From: a virus
Length of the DNA stretch: 64,000 nt
Reading direction: 5' to 3' (one strand)
IMG/VR virus record: IMGVR_UViG_3300020438_000001
Location: 1 to 64,000 of that record
Shown here: positions 8,221-17,200 of the stretch, in pieces
Numbering within the stretch: position 1 is the first letter of the stretch
How the letters are laid out: each line of letters starts with the position of its first letter
Position numbers and translations under genes: made by a program
The notes under the pieces: generated by a model
Databases searched by the model: none
What the model saw: the letters and a program-made list of their open reading frames with translations, nothing else
What the model was told of the DNA's origin: nothing

Positions 8221-10679
8221 AATTAGAACGCGAACATGTAGTCGATGAGTTAATCGGCGATGTTAAAACCAATAAATTTAAAATTGGTGAAGATTCGATG
8301 GGTATCATAATAGACTCATTGATTAATCTATATTCTGATCCTATTGGTTCTATTGTTAGAGAGGTAACATCTAATTGTTATGACGCACATCGAGAGAAAG
8401 ATCTTAAGATAGAAAAAGTCATACCGTTAGGGGATGAAGATGATCCTAAATGGTTTCATCCAGCTTCCAAAAAACCACAAATAGAATTTCAGGAAGAGAA
8501 TATATTGTTAGGCGTAGGTAATGCCTTCTTATTCCGTGACTTCGGTGTCGGGTTAAGTAAAAAACGTGTAGAAGAGATTTATACTTTATTTGGTAATTCA
8601 ACCAAAAGAGATAATAATCATCAAATTGGTGGTTTCGGTATTGGTGCTAAATCACCTTTCTCGTACACTGACACTTTTTATATAATAAGTAACCATAACG
8701 GTAAAAAGTTTAGTTATATGTTATATAGAGGTAATGATGCATTTCACATGGATCTTCTTAAAGAAGGAGAAACAACTGAATTGAATTCTACTGAAGTGAT
8801 TATACCCTTAGATGATGTTATGTCTTATAGAGACATTAAGAGATTTACAAAAGCAATTAACAATCAATTAATGTACTTTACAGGCTTAGAATTTATCAAT
8901 ATATCAGAAGGGACTGGTAGAGAGGTGCAACTAGCAGCTCTAGACTATGAAGATGATGATATAGCTATTGAATTAAAGCAACAACATGATAGTGATTTAA
9001 ATGATATTCATTTAATGGTTGGTAGAGTTCGTTATCCTCTTAATACGTCACAAATTGAGAGTCAGGTTTTATGGGAGTCTGAAAGAATTCCTTGTGCTAT
9101 TAAATTTAATGTAGGTGAATTAGATTTAGTTCCCAGTAGAGAAGCAATTCGATACACGGATAAAACTAAAAATGCTATAAAAGACAAGGTTTTAAAGATA
9201 CAGAGAAACTTAAAAGCTGATTGTGAACATGAATTATCAACTTCTGATAATATGATTACCTGGTTAAAACAGGCTTCTGCGTTAAAAGCTAATGCAGGAT
9301 ATTCATATAGAAGAGATTATGGTTCTATTTTCGCTGTAAAGTCTTATATGGCAAAACTTAGTAATAAAAATCTAGAATGTACATTACATGATGTTAAGCT
9401 TTCTGGCTCATTATTAAATGATGATCATAGAAACCATTGTCTATTTACAGGTTTTACTGTAAATAAAGTAACAAGACAGTCTAATGGTAATTATGTAGGT
9501 GGTTATAAACTTAGTAAAACTAGCCCAAACATACAGGATTTTATAGATCTTCCTATTTTATTTCAACAACAGATAGATACTACAGATACTGAATCGGAAG
9601 AAACTCGTAAAGTGTTTTTAAAGAGTAAGGATCTATATCTAACAAGTAAAGAAGATTTTTCTAGAGGTTTTATACAAATTAGAAGACTTCATGCTTTAAC
9701 TAAAAAAGAAATTACTAAAGCTAGTAATTTATTTCAAGTTGAACATCGTGAAGACGAAACAATTTTACAGGACTTTGAAGGTATGTCGACATTATTTAGT
9801 CATGTTCAAATGATAGATTATGATAATATTGATATGTCTGAAGCTACTGATTTTGATGAAGAAACTGTAGGTAACTATGAGTCAGAAGCGCAGAGACGTA
9901 AAAGATTGGGTAAAGCTTTTATGAGACGTGTTTACTTTAAAGATAGATGGGGTAAACGTGATAAAATTGCATTTAGTAATAGTGAATATTTTATTTCTGA
10001 TTTAGAAGAATATGTTAAGAATGGTGGTATATGTATATGGGGTAATTCAGCAGACGAAAGTCTATTGAAAAACGTCGCCGCTGTATGTGCGCAGGCAAAA
10101 CTGTATCCAGATATGTCTGGTTATGGAAAAAGCTCTTTAGATATAGAAAGCTTTCCTGTTGTAATACTTAAGGTAGCTGCTACTCTTAATAAAAAACTAA
10201 CTAATCTTATAAATATTAAAGACCTATTCAAAATGAAACATAGAATTCTAGTTAACTGGCATACAGCTAAACTAACCAGAGAGTCTACAGATGATTTATA
10301 TTTCTTTTCATGCTTTGAAAAACTTAATGCTGACTTATACTACAAGTGGAAAAAGTTAAAAGAAAATCATGAAAATAACTATGAACATTTTCAATATTTA
10401 AATGGACAAGATCAGAATGAAATGGTTAAAATTTGTGTTGAGCATGATTGTACTAATCATTCAATGATGCAAGACATGGCAGAGTTAAAATTATATGCTA
10501 AAGATTTAGATTTACTTAAGCATTTAGAATTTGCTCAAAATGATGCCACATCTGAATCATCTATTCCTAATAAAGAAGTGTTTTTAGCTGTTAGAGAATA
10601 TCTTAGATTTAAAGGTAAAGCTGTTGTGAAATTCAAAAAACAAAAAAAGAAAGAGGTGGAAGAGCCTCAAAGTAATTAA
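8217..10679 (+). CDS. rIIA: rIIA-like GHKL (Bergerat-fold) ATPase
   Basis: N box VREVTSNCYDAH, G1 box FRDFGVGLS and G2 box GGFGIGAKSPFS. At 820 aa and followed by an rIIB-like gene, it resembles T4 rIIA-rIIB. Confidence 0.55.
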   Translation: MKLEREHVVDELIGDVKTNKFKIGEDSMGIIIDSLINLYSDPIGSIVREVTSNCYDAHREKDLKIEKVIPLGDEDDPKWFHPASKKPQIEFQEENILLGVGNAFLFRDFGVGLSKKRVEEIYTLFGNSTKRDNNHQIGGFGIGAKSPFSYTDTFYIISNHNGKKFSYMLYRGNDAFHMDLLKEGETTELNSTEVIIPLDDVMSYRDIKRFTKAINNQLMYFTGLEFINISEGTGREVQLAALDYEDDDIAIELKQQHDSDLNDIHLMVGRVRYPLNTSQIESQVLWESERIPCAIKFNVGELDLVPSREAIRYTDKTKNAIKDKVLKIQRNLKADCEHELSTSDNMITWLKQASALKANAGYSYRRDYGSIFAVKSYMAKLSNKNLECTLHDVKLSGSLLNDDHRNHCLFTGFTVNKVTRQSNGNYVGGYKLSKTSPNIQDFIDLPILFQQQIDTTDTESEETRKVFLKSKDLYLTSKEDFSRGFIQIRRLHALTKKEITKASNLFQVEHREDETILQDFEGMSTLFSHVQMIDYDNIDMSEATDFDEETVGNYESEAQRRKRLGKAFMRRVYFKDRWGKRDKIAFSNSEYFISDLEEYVKNGGICIWGNSADESLLKNVAAVCAQAKLYPDMSGYGKSSLDIESFPVVILKVAATLNKKLTNLINIKDLFKMKHRILVNWHTAKLTRESTDDLYFFSCFEKLNADLYYKWKKLKENHENNYEHFQYLNGQDQNEMVKICVEHDCTNHSMMQDMAELKLYAKDLDLLKHLEFAQNDATSESSIPNKEVFLAVREYLRFKGKAVVKFKKQKKKEVEEPQSN

Positions 10680-10687
10680 TTAATTAA
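10671..10687 (+). repeat. 17-nt AGTAATTAATTAATTAA motif, copy 2
   Basis: Identical to 6540-6556. Confidence 0.8.
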
Positions 10688-10695
10688 TATATTTG
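10688..10695 (+). promoter_or_regulatory. Candidate TAnnTTTG -7 box
   Basis: TATATTTG ends 5 nt before the ATG at 10701. No clear -33 TTG partner was seen. Confidence 0.25.
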
Positions 10696-10700
10696 CAAAT

Positions 10701-11711
10701 ATGACAAATTCGTATTTAGTCTGTAAAATCGGTAAAGATGATGTTCAAGTTATTATCGATGGACTACCAAAAAGTATCTCTAAACAATTTAAAGAAGCTG
10801 ATCAAGTAATAGCGCTTGCTAGAAGCTTTAATGTATCAAGAGATCAAGATGAACGTAACGCTATACTGGAGAAAGTGAAAACCTTACTTACTCCTGCAAA
10901 TCGCATTCAGCACCAAACTGATGGTCGTTTTGAGTTTGATGGAGGGAACAAAATGTATCTTAGAGGTACAACTGATCCTATTCCTAACTTCCTTGCGAAG
11001 AAACTTATGAAATGGCTTGAAGAAGGAGTGCCGTTAGACGGTTTGGTAAATTTCTGGAAGCATCTATTGTTAAATCCTGATAAGACTGTTAGAAAGCAGT
11101 TATATGGTTTCTTAGAGCATAATGGACATCCCATTACAGATAAAGGTTATTTCTTAGCTTATAAAGCTTGTAAAGTTAAAAGTACTTATGACACTGAAAC
11201 CGGTGAGGAAAAGGTTCAGTTTAAGTATGACGCTGATACAGGTGAACAAGAGCAGAAATATACACAATCATTAACTTTTGCTCCATATCATAGTGGTGCG
11301 CACGGCATGGTAATTAAATGCGGTACGCCTATCACAATGCCGAGAGAAGATTGTGATTCAAATCCTGAACGTACTTGTTCTGCTGGCCTACATGTAGGTT
11401 CAATGGAATATGTTCATGACTTTGGATACAATGATGGTGTAATCTTAGAAGTTCTTGTAAGTCCGCGTAATGTTGTAGCAGTTCCGACTGATTACAATAA
11501 TACAAAGATGAGAACATGTGAGTATTTCCCTATTGCTATTAGTAATGGTGAAAACGAAAACATTTTCTTAGAATCTGACTATACTGCATTTGATCACAAA
11601 CAAATGAAAGTAGATTTACAAGAATATGAATCTGCCAAAAAGCAACAAATTAGTGATTTAGAAACTGAGTTAGCTCAGAATTCTGAAATCGCTGAAAGCT
11701 TGATGGCGTAA
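10701..11711 (+). CDS. rIIB: rIIB-like protein
   Basis: Follows the rIIA-like gene. The C-terminal motifs TCSAGLHVGS and PRNVVAVPTDYNNTKMRTCEY match my recollection of T4 rIIB (CSRGLHV..., DYNxxKMRTC). The size (336 aa) is also similar. Confidence 0.5.
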   Translation: MTNSYLVCKIGKDDVQVIIDGLPKSISKQFKEADQVIALARSFNVSRDQDERNAILEKVKTLLTPANRIQHQTDGRFEFDGGNKMYLRGTTDPIPNFLAKKLMKWLEEGVPLDGLVNFWKHLLLNPDKTVRKQLYGFLEHNGHPITDKGYFLAYKACKVKSTYDTETGEEKVQFKYDADTGEQEQKYTQSLTFAPYHSGAHGMVIKCGTPITMPREDCDSNPERTCSAGLHVGSMEYVHDFGYNDGVILEVLVSPRNVVAVPTDYNNTKMRTCEYFPIAISNGENENIFLESDYTAFDHKQMKVDLQEYESAKKQQISDLETELAQNSEIAESLMA

Positions 11712-11743
11712 TTATAATTAGTAAGAACGGGCCTCTTTGGCTT

Positions 11744-11763
11744 CCTCCATTGTGCCTTGGAGG
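11744..11763 (+). terminator. GC-rich hairpin; possible terminator or attenuator
   Basis: CCTCCA-ttgtgcct-TGGAGG, followed by a C/T-rich stretch rather than a pure T tract. The TTG start at 11757 in the ORF track lies inside the stem. Confidence 0.35.
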
Positions 11764-11789
11764 CTCGTCTCCTTACGCTTAATTCGCTT

Positions 11790-12287
11790 ATGAAACAATT
11801 AAAAATAGAAATTCCAAATTTTATTACACATGTTGCGAAAACGAACACAAAATATGTGAAAATAAACGGACAGAGATTATACACCGGTATGAATCATCAT
11901 TTAAGAGCTTTGATTGTAAGAAGAATGCATAGATATATCCAACAATGGATTCCAAACGGATTAGATATTCGAAAAATGGGACCATTAAAGATAAAGTTAG
12001 AATTGCATACTGTTATAAATCATGGAGACATTAGGATGTATAAAGGAGACTTGAGATGGCGTCCACCTAAAAAAGGATACACCCCTAAATGGGATGTAGA
12101 TAATTTATGGATATGGATAAAAAGCTTCCAAGACACTATAGTTGAAATGGGTTTAATAGACGACGATAATTGTGCTACGATACCACAAACAGGAGAGATA
12201 GAGTTTATTCCTGTTCCTACTATAGATGATAGAAAATTAGTATTTATTATAACACCTTATAAAAGGAAAAAAACGAAGAAAAAATGA
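11790..12287 (+). CDS. rusA: RusA-family Holliday junction resolvase
   Basis: DVDNLWIWIKSFQDTIVEMGLIDDDN matches the RusA catalytic D-x-DN...K...D...DD pattern. The start is moved from TTG 11757 to the in-frame ATG at 11790. Confidence 0.65.
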   Translation: MKQLKIEIPNFITHVAKTNTKYVKINGQRLYTGMNHHLRALIVRRMHRYIQQWIPNGLDIRKMGPLKIKLELHTVINHGDIRMYKGDLRWRPPKKGYTPKWDVDNLWIWIKSFQDTIVEMGLIDDDNCATIPQTGEIEFIPVPTIDDRKLVFIITPYKRKKTKKK

Positions 12288-13315
12288 AAATAGATCATTT
12301 AAGTCACTCTTCCCTTAGCGCTTTAAAAGTAAGCCCACAATATTTTATAAAATATAAAAACAAAGAACTAAACAAATCTAGTAAAGGATTTGAATTAGGA
12401 TCTGCTATTCACTGCTATATATTAGAACATGATAAGTTCGATAGTAGATATGTGGTAGCAGACATACCAGTTATTGGTGGTATGATGGGAACTTTTATTG
12501 AGACTATGGTTGAAAATGAGGCTTTTGTTGCATCTACATTATATGACAGTACAGAAGACACACCTTCTGAATTTGTTATACATAGTGTAGACGAATTGTA
12601 TGAGACTTGCTACTCAAAAGCAGGTTTTAAAACACCACTAGCTGGTGTCATAAAAAAGCTAGAAAAAGAAGAAAATAAAAATTACTTAGAGTTCTTAAGA
12701 AAATCTAAAGGCAAAGAAGTTTTATCGTCAGAAGATTATGTAATAATAGAACAATGCGCTGCTAGTGTCGCGGGACATGCTGTAGCAAGTAATATTTGTA
12801 ATACCTCAGAGTTAAATAATGCTGAGGCTGAGAAGGAACTTTCTTGGACTTATAAGGATTATCCTTATTTAATTAAATCCATTATTGATAATTTAATACT
12901 TAACAAAGAAAATAAGTTAATTACAATAGTAGATCTTAAAACCACCGCTAAATCTGTATATAACTTTATGGGAGCTTATAGTTCTTATGGATATTATAGA
13001 CAGATGGCAATTTATAAAGAAGCTGTTAATTGGTATCTTAGTGAATTGGGTGAAGATCCGCTAGAATATGATATAAAGTCATATATTGTAGTTGTTCAAA
13101 CGACTGGACTTTGTGAGTGTGTGGTATATGAACCAGATAGCTTCGATTTATCTATAGCCATTGATGAATTCGAAAATTTGCTAGAAAGGTTTAAATGGCA
13201 TCAAGACCACAACCGTTGGGATTACCCAATGGAGTATTATAGTAATAATGGTGTAATTAAAATCAAATTGTCAGATGATAAAATCTCTCGAATCAGAGAA
13301 AATTTTGAAGACTAA
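12284..13315 (+). CDS. RecB/Cas4-family PD-(D/E)XK exonuclease
   Basis: GSAIHCYILE (motif I), ITIVDLKTT (D-x-K motif) and RQMAIYKEA (QxxxY). Confidence 0.7.
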   Translation: MKIDHLSHSSLSALKVSPQYFIKYKNKELNKSSKGFELGSAIHCYILEHDKFDSRYVVADIPVIGGMMGTFIETMVENEAFVASTLYDSTEDTPSEFVIHSVDELYETCYSKAGFKTPLAGVIKKLEKEENKNYLEFLRKSKGKEVLSSEDYVIIEQCAASVAGHAVASNICNTSELNNAEAEKELSWTYKDYPYLIKSIIDNLILNKENKLITIVDLKTTAKSVYNFMGAYSSYGYYRQMAIYKEAVNWYLSELGEDPLEYDIKSYIVVVQTTGLCECVVYEPDSFDLSIAIDEFENLLERFKWHQDHNRWDYPMEYYSNNGVIKIKLSDDKISRIRENFED

Positions 13316-13859
13316 ATCTTATGATTTTTTATTACCTTTAACAGGTTATTCTAGTATAGATTTAAATCCTTATTTAGTAAATGTATATCTTGGCGATACA
13401 AGTTTACTAGATTGGGATTTAAATTCTCCTGATATTTTTGTATTAACAAAATATAATGGGAATATGCGATATTATAATCTAGAGAAGCAAATAGAGAAAC
13501 ATGAAGATTTTAAAACCTCCTATTCTTTATTTAGAGGTAGATACATAATGTTTGTATTTACTATAAATAAGGAATTTAAGAAAGATTATGAACGATTCTT
13601 ACGAGGTAAATATTCAGAATTTTCTCACCCCGCTAAAATTCGATTAATGAAAGATCGTAGTATTAAAAGTGCCATTCCGTTTGTCCTCGATAAAGGACAG
13701 TCACTGCGTACGTACTGGGAAGAAAAACTAGACGCGCAGCTACCAGACAATTCAGAAGTATGGCCTATTGTAAATTACAATCAAGAGTTATTTGATAGGG
13801 TTAAGTTTAAGAAACAGATGGGAATAAACACAGATTTACCGGCTAATTTAGTCCGGTAA
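13275..13859 (+). CDS. Hypothetical protein
   Basis: 194-aa ORF and the last gene of the + arm. The 41-nt overlap with the upstream gene makes the start uncertain. Confidence 0.5.
   Translation: MIKSLESEKILKTKSYDFLLPLTGYSSIDLNPYLVNVYLGDTSLLDWDLNSPDIFVLTKYNGNMRYYNLEKQIEKHEDFKTSYSLFRGRYIMFVFTINKEFKKDYERFLRGKYSEFSHPAKIRLMKDRSIKSAIPFVLDKGQSLRTYWEEKLDAQLPDNSEVWPIVNYNQELFDRVKFKKQMGINTDLPANLVR
13836..13859. terminator. Hairpin at the convergence point of the two arms (possible bidirectional terminator)
   Basis: TTACCGG-ctaatttagt-CCGGTAA. It overlaps the 3' ends of both convergent ORFs, which themselves overlap by 12 nt. Confidence 0.4.
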
Positions 13860-14210
13860 GTCTGTCTCATCGTCCATAGGTATCTTATAAGTAAACTTTC
13901 CTTGTTTTTTTTTATTCTCACTGCTTAACTGTATTTCCCTCTCTTTACAGATCTTAAGGACATTACATTTTTCGTACTCCTCTGTTTCTATATAGTAGTC
14001 TATAAGGACATCAAAAATAGTTAGACTATCAAAATCAGTTAAGAGCCAGAATAGCTTTTCAGGAAAAATATCAAAATCGTAATTATTTATAACTAATGTA
14101 TACGTATTTTCCATGGACTGTCTCTTAATAGATTCTTTTTGTTTATCTGTTAATAAATCCAAGTCAGAGTCTTCTGGATCATAAAAAAAATTCTCTAAAT
14201 TATCAGGCAT
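13848..14210 (-). CDS. Hypothetical acidic protein
   Basis: 120-aa ORF directly downstream of the 5520-aa gene. Very acidic (many D/E). Confidence 0.55.
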   Translation of the reverse strand: MPDNLENFFYDPEDSDLDLLTDKQKESIKRQSMENTYTLVINNYDFDIFPEKLFWLLTDFDSLTIFDVLIDYYIETEEYEKCNVLKICKEREIQLSSENKKKQGKFTYKIPMDDETDLPD

Positions 14211-14217
14211 TATTTAT

Positions 14218-17200
14218 CTATTTTAAATCAAACCAGCTAAGCTTATCTTCAGGTTTCGTGTACCATTCCTTACCTGGTAAGATGTTATGGAATCGTTTTA
14301 ATATTTTTGGATCATCTTTCTTATACCTTCCTGCATCTCTTTTATATCTTTCGTAGTCTCCTCCAGTCATTAATGATGATCCGTCACTCATTAACTGACT
14401 AATAAATTTCCAATATGCTTCAATAGTAGTCATGTTTGCTGCAGGTGTTCTTAATATCTCAAAGAATGATGAGGTAGTATAGAAGCCCATTTCAGCTTGT
14501 ACTCTTTTAACGTTGTAGAGCATCTGCCAATCAAGCGCGGTCATATTTGCCGATCCGTCTTCGTCGTCTGGGTCATATCCAAATCCTAGTGAACTTCCTA
14601 ATAGTGTTAGCATAAAGTATCCTACACTTTCACCTAAAGCTCTTCTAATATTCTGTTGCTCAAACTCTTCTAATTTTTTCCACTGCTGTGGTAGAGTTTG
14701 GAATCGCATAGCCATCACTTCTTTCTTTATTCTATTCATAAACTTAAGCGCCGTAACATAATTACCTTCAGTAAATGATTGTAGTCTTTCATTATATTCA
14801 GGCCCTCTAAACTTAGAGTCTTTATTATAAAATAATTTCTCTGCGCCTTGGAATCTACGAAGCATTCCTGGACGTAACCACTTACGGAACTGCATTGCCC
14901 ATCTACCCACTGCATATTGTTGTAAAGCATTTCTGTCTTTAGTATTATATATACCATGGATACGTTGATAAGCCGCAGCTGCTCTTTCAGCAAATAATAT
15001 TCTATCTGTATCACTAAACTGCTCTGCCACTTCAGAATCTAATTCAAGACGACCATCTACTACTGAATATGCATCATATAAATTTACTTCACCTTTAGAT
15101 GTTTTAAATTTAGTATTCAACATCTGAGCAACAGCCATTTGGCTTTGTATTGCATGCTCTCCTAATGACATCATAAAGAATAATGCTGAAGCATTAGTTC
15201 TTAAGCCTAGTTTTCTATGCTCTAATCTATTTCCATATTCATCAAAATGTTGTTGGAAATCAAATAATTCATTTATCATTCCTAATTTCGAACTAGGTTG
15301 TCTAGACATTACATCTTTAGTTAACCCTCCAATACTTGCTGCATAAATCCCAGTAGCTTTTAAGTAATTTCCTACACCGTAGTGCTGATTAGCATACCCT
15401 TCAATAAAACTCATCATTTCACCGAACGTTGCATTAGATAAACCGGCGTGTTTATTCAGTGCCAAGACACGGAAACTTCCTGCCTGTAAGAATGCATCTA
15501 GAGATTGTGCTATATCTATCTCTTTACCCATAATAGTTACTGCTCCCATATCTTTTTTACGTTTACCGTATACTTGCATATCAAAGTAGTCACTTAATCT
15601 AGCATAAGCTCTTGAGTCTTCTCCGGCTACAGTAATATCTTTTCCTATCTGATCTTTCTTAGCTATACCAGATGATAGCTTAGTAACTCTTCTTGTTTTT
15701 ATTAGCTCTTTACCTACTTCAAGTACATCAAGTATCTCTGACATTTCTTTAAAGTTGTTTGCCATAGTAAAGAACATTTTTAAACCAGAACCTAGATCAT
15801 ATGATAAGTCTTCTGGACTTAATTGTCCTTCTTGATTACCAATAGCTCGTGAATAATGTACAGGTACAAAATCTAATGGGTTACCCGCAGCATCTACATA
15901 CTCTCCATAAGAAACATTATCTTCATGTTTTGTAAATGTTTCAGTCCACATTTCTTTAGCTGCATCCTTTAACCTTGTAGGGAACTTTCCTTTTTTCTCT
16001 AAAACTTTCTCCGCAGCTGTAGCTCTTAATGATGGTAATTGAGCTCCTTTTCTATATTGAGTTGGTAAGAGTTTTTGAGCATACATGTAATTTTCTACAT
16101 AGAATTCATAAAACACCCTTCTCGGATCTTCCTTACTCATGTTTGCTATATCTTTAAACTTCTGACTCTGATAATCTTTTGCTTGATTTTCTCTGTAAAA
16201 CTCTTGCCATTCTTCTTTGCTATTACTAAAGTTTTCACTATCCATAAACTCTTGCTTTAACTCTCTCCATCTAACTTCTTGCGCTGTAACAACGTTTCCT
16301 GTATAATTTCCATCAGTGTCTTGTTCTAACATAAAGTCATAAACTTCTCTGTTATTATATAAGTTTACACCATTATCAAACTGATACTTTTCAAGATCCT
16401 TCATAATTTTCATAAGACTTTTCGTAGTCTTAGTACCATACATTAATTCCTGAGTGGCCTGATTTACTTTACCTCTTTGTAATACAATAAGTTTATCCAT
16501 TGTAGCTAGCTCAGTTTGCGTTGAATCTCCTAAAGAGTCTAACCATCTAGCCATAAATGTTATATCTCGACCTGCAGTTAATAATTCTGCTTCTAATTTC
16601 TCTACAGTTACATTAGGATTAGTACTTAATTTAGCTAAAGCTTCTGCTATTAAAGGTCTTCCAAGGGCTTTATACTCTTCATATACTAAATTTTTCTTTG
16701 CAATAGCAGGCATTACATATTTCTCGATCATATTTTCGAAACCAGACTCTACTAACATAGGAGCCATCAATGTAATTTCTTCTAGACTATCATAAGATTT
16801 TACAAACTGATATATTTGATTTAAATTCTTTGGAGTAACTGCATTGTTTCTTACTAGCTCTTTTAATCTACCATGTGCAGCATTTATATCTCTTATTGCA
16901 CGTTTAGTAAATGTAATCAATCCTTCCTTTTCCCCTATTTCATCTAATTCATTATATAACTCTTGTAATTTATCTGAATATTCTTTATTATTAGATTTTT
17001 TATAGAAATCAATCTTTCTTAATATTTGATTTTTAGCGTTTTCAAATACACGGGCTACTGCGTCTTGTTCTTTTTCTATCTTTTTATTTGCCGCATCAAA
17101 CTCAGGGGATATATAACTAATAGCGCTTTTAATTACTTTCTTGCTAATAGGTTTCATATTGTTTAACTTATTTATCACCGGAGTGTTAGAAGTTGCAAGC

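Noticed and set aside
7872-11884. Minus-strand ORFs within the replication arm (7872-8138, 10907-11134, 11332-11517, 11675-11884).
   Set aside because: Each is antisense to a plus-strand gene that has recognisable motifs. None has its own plausible start context or motifs.
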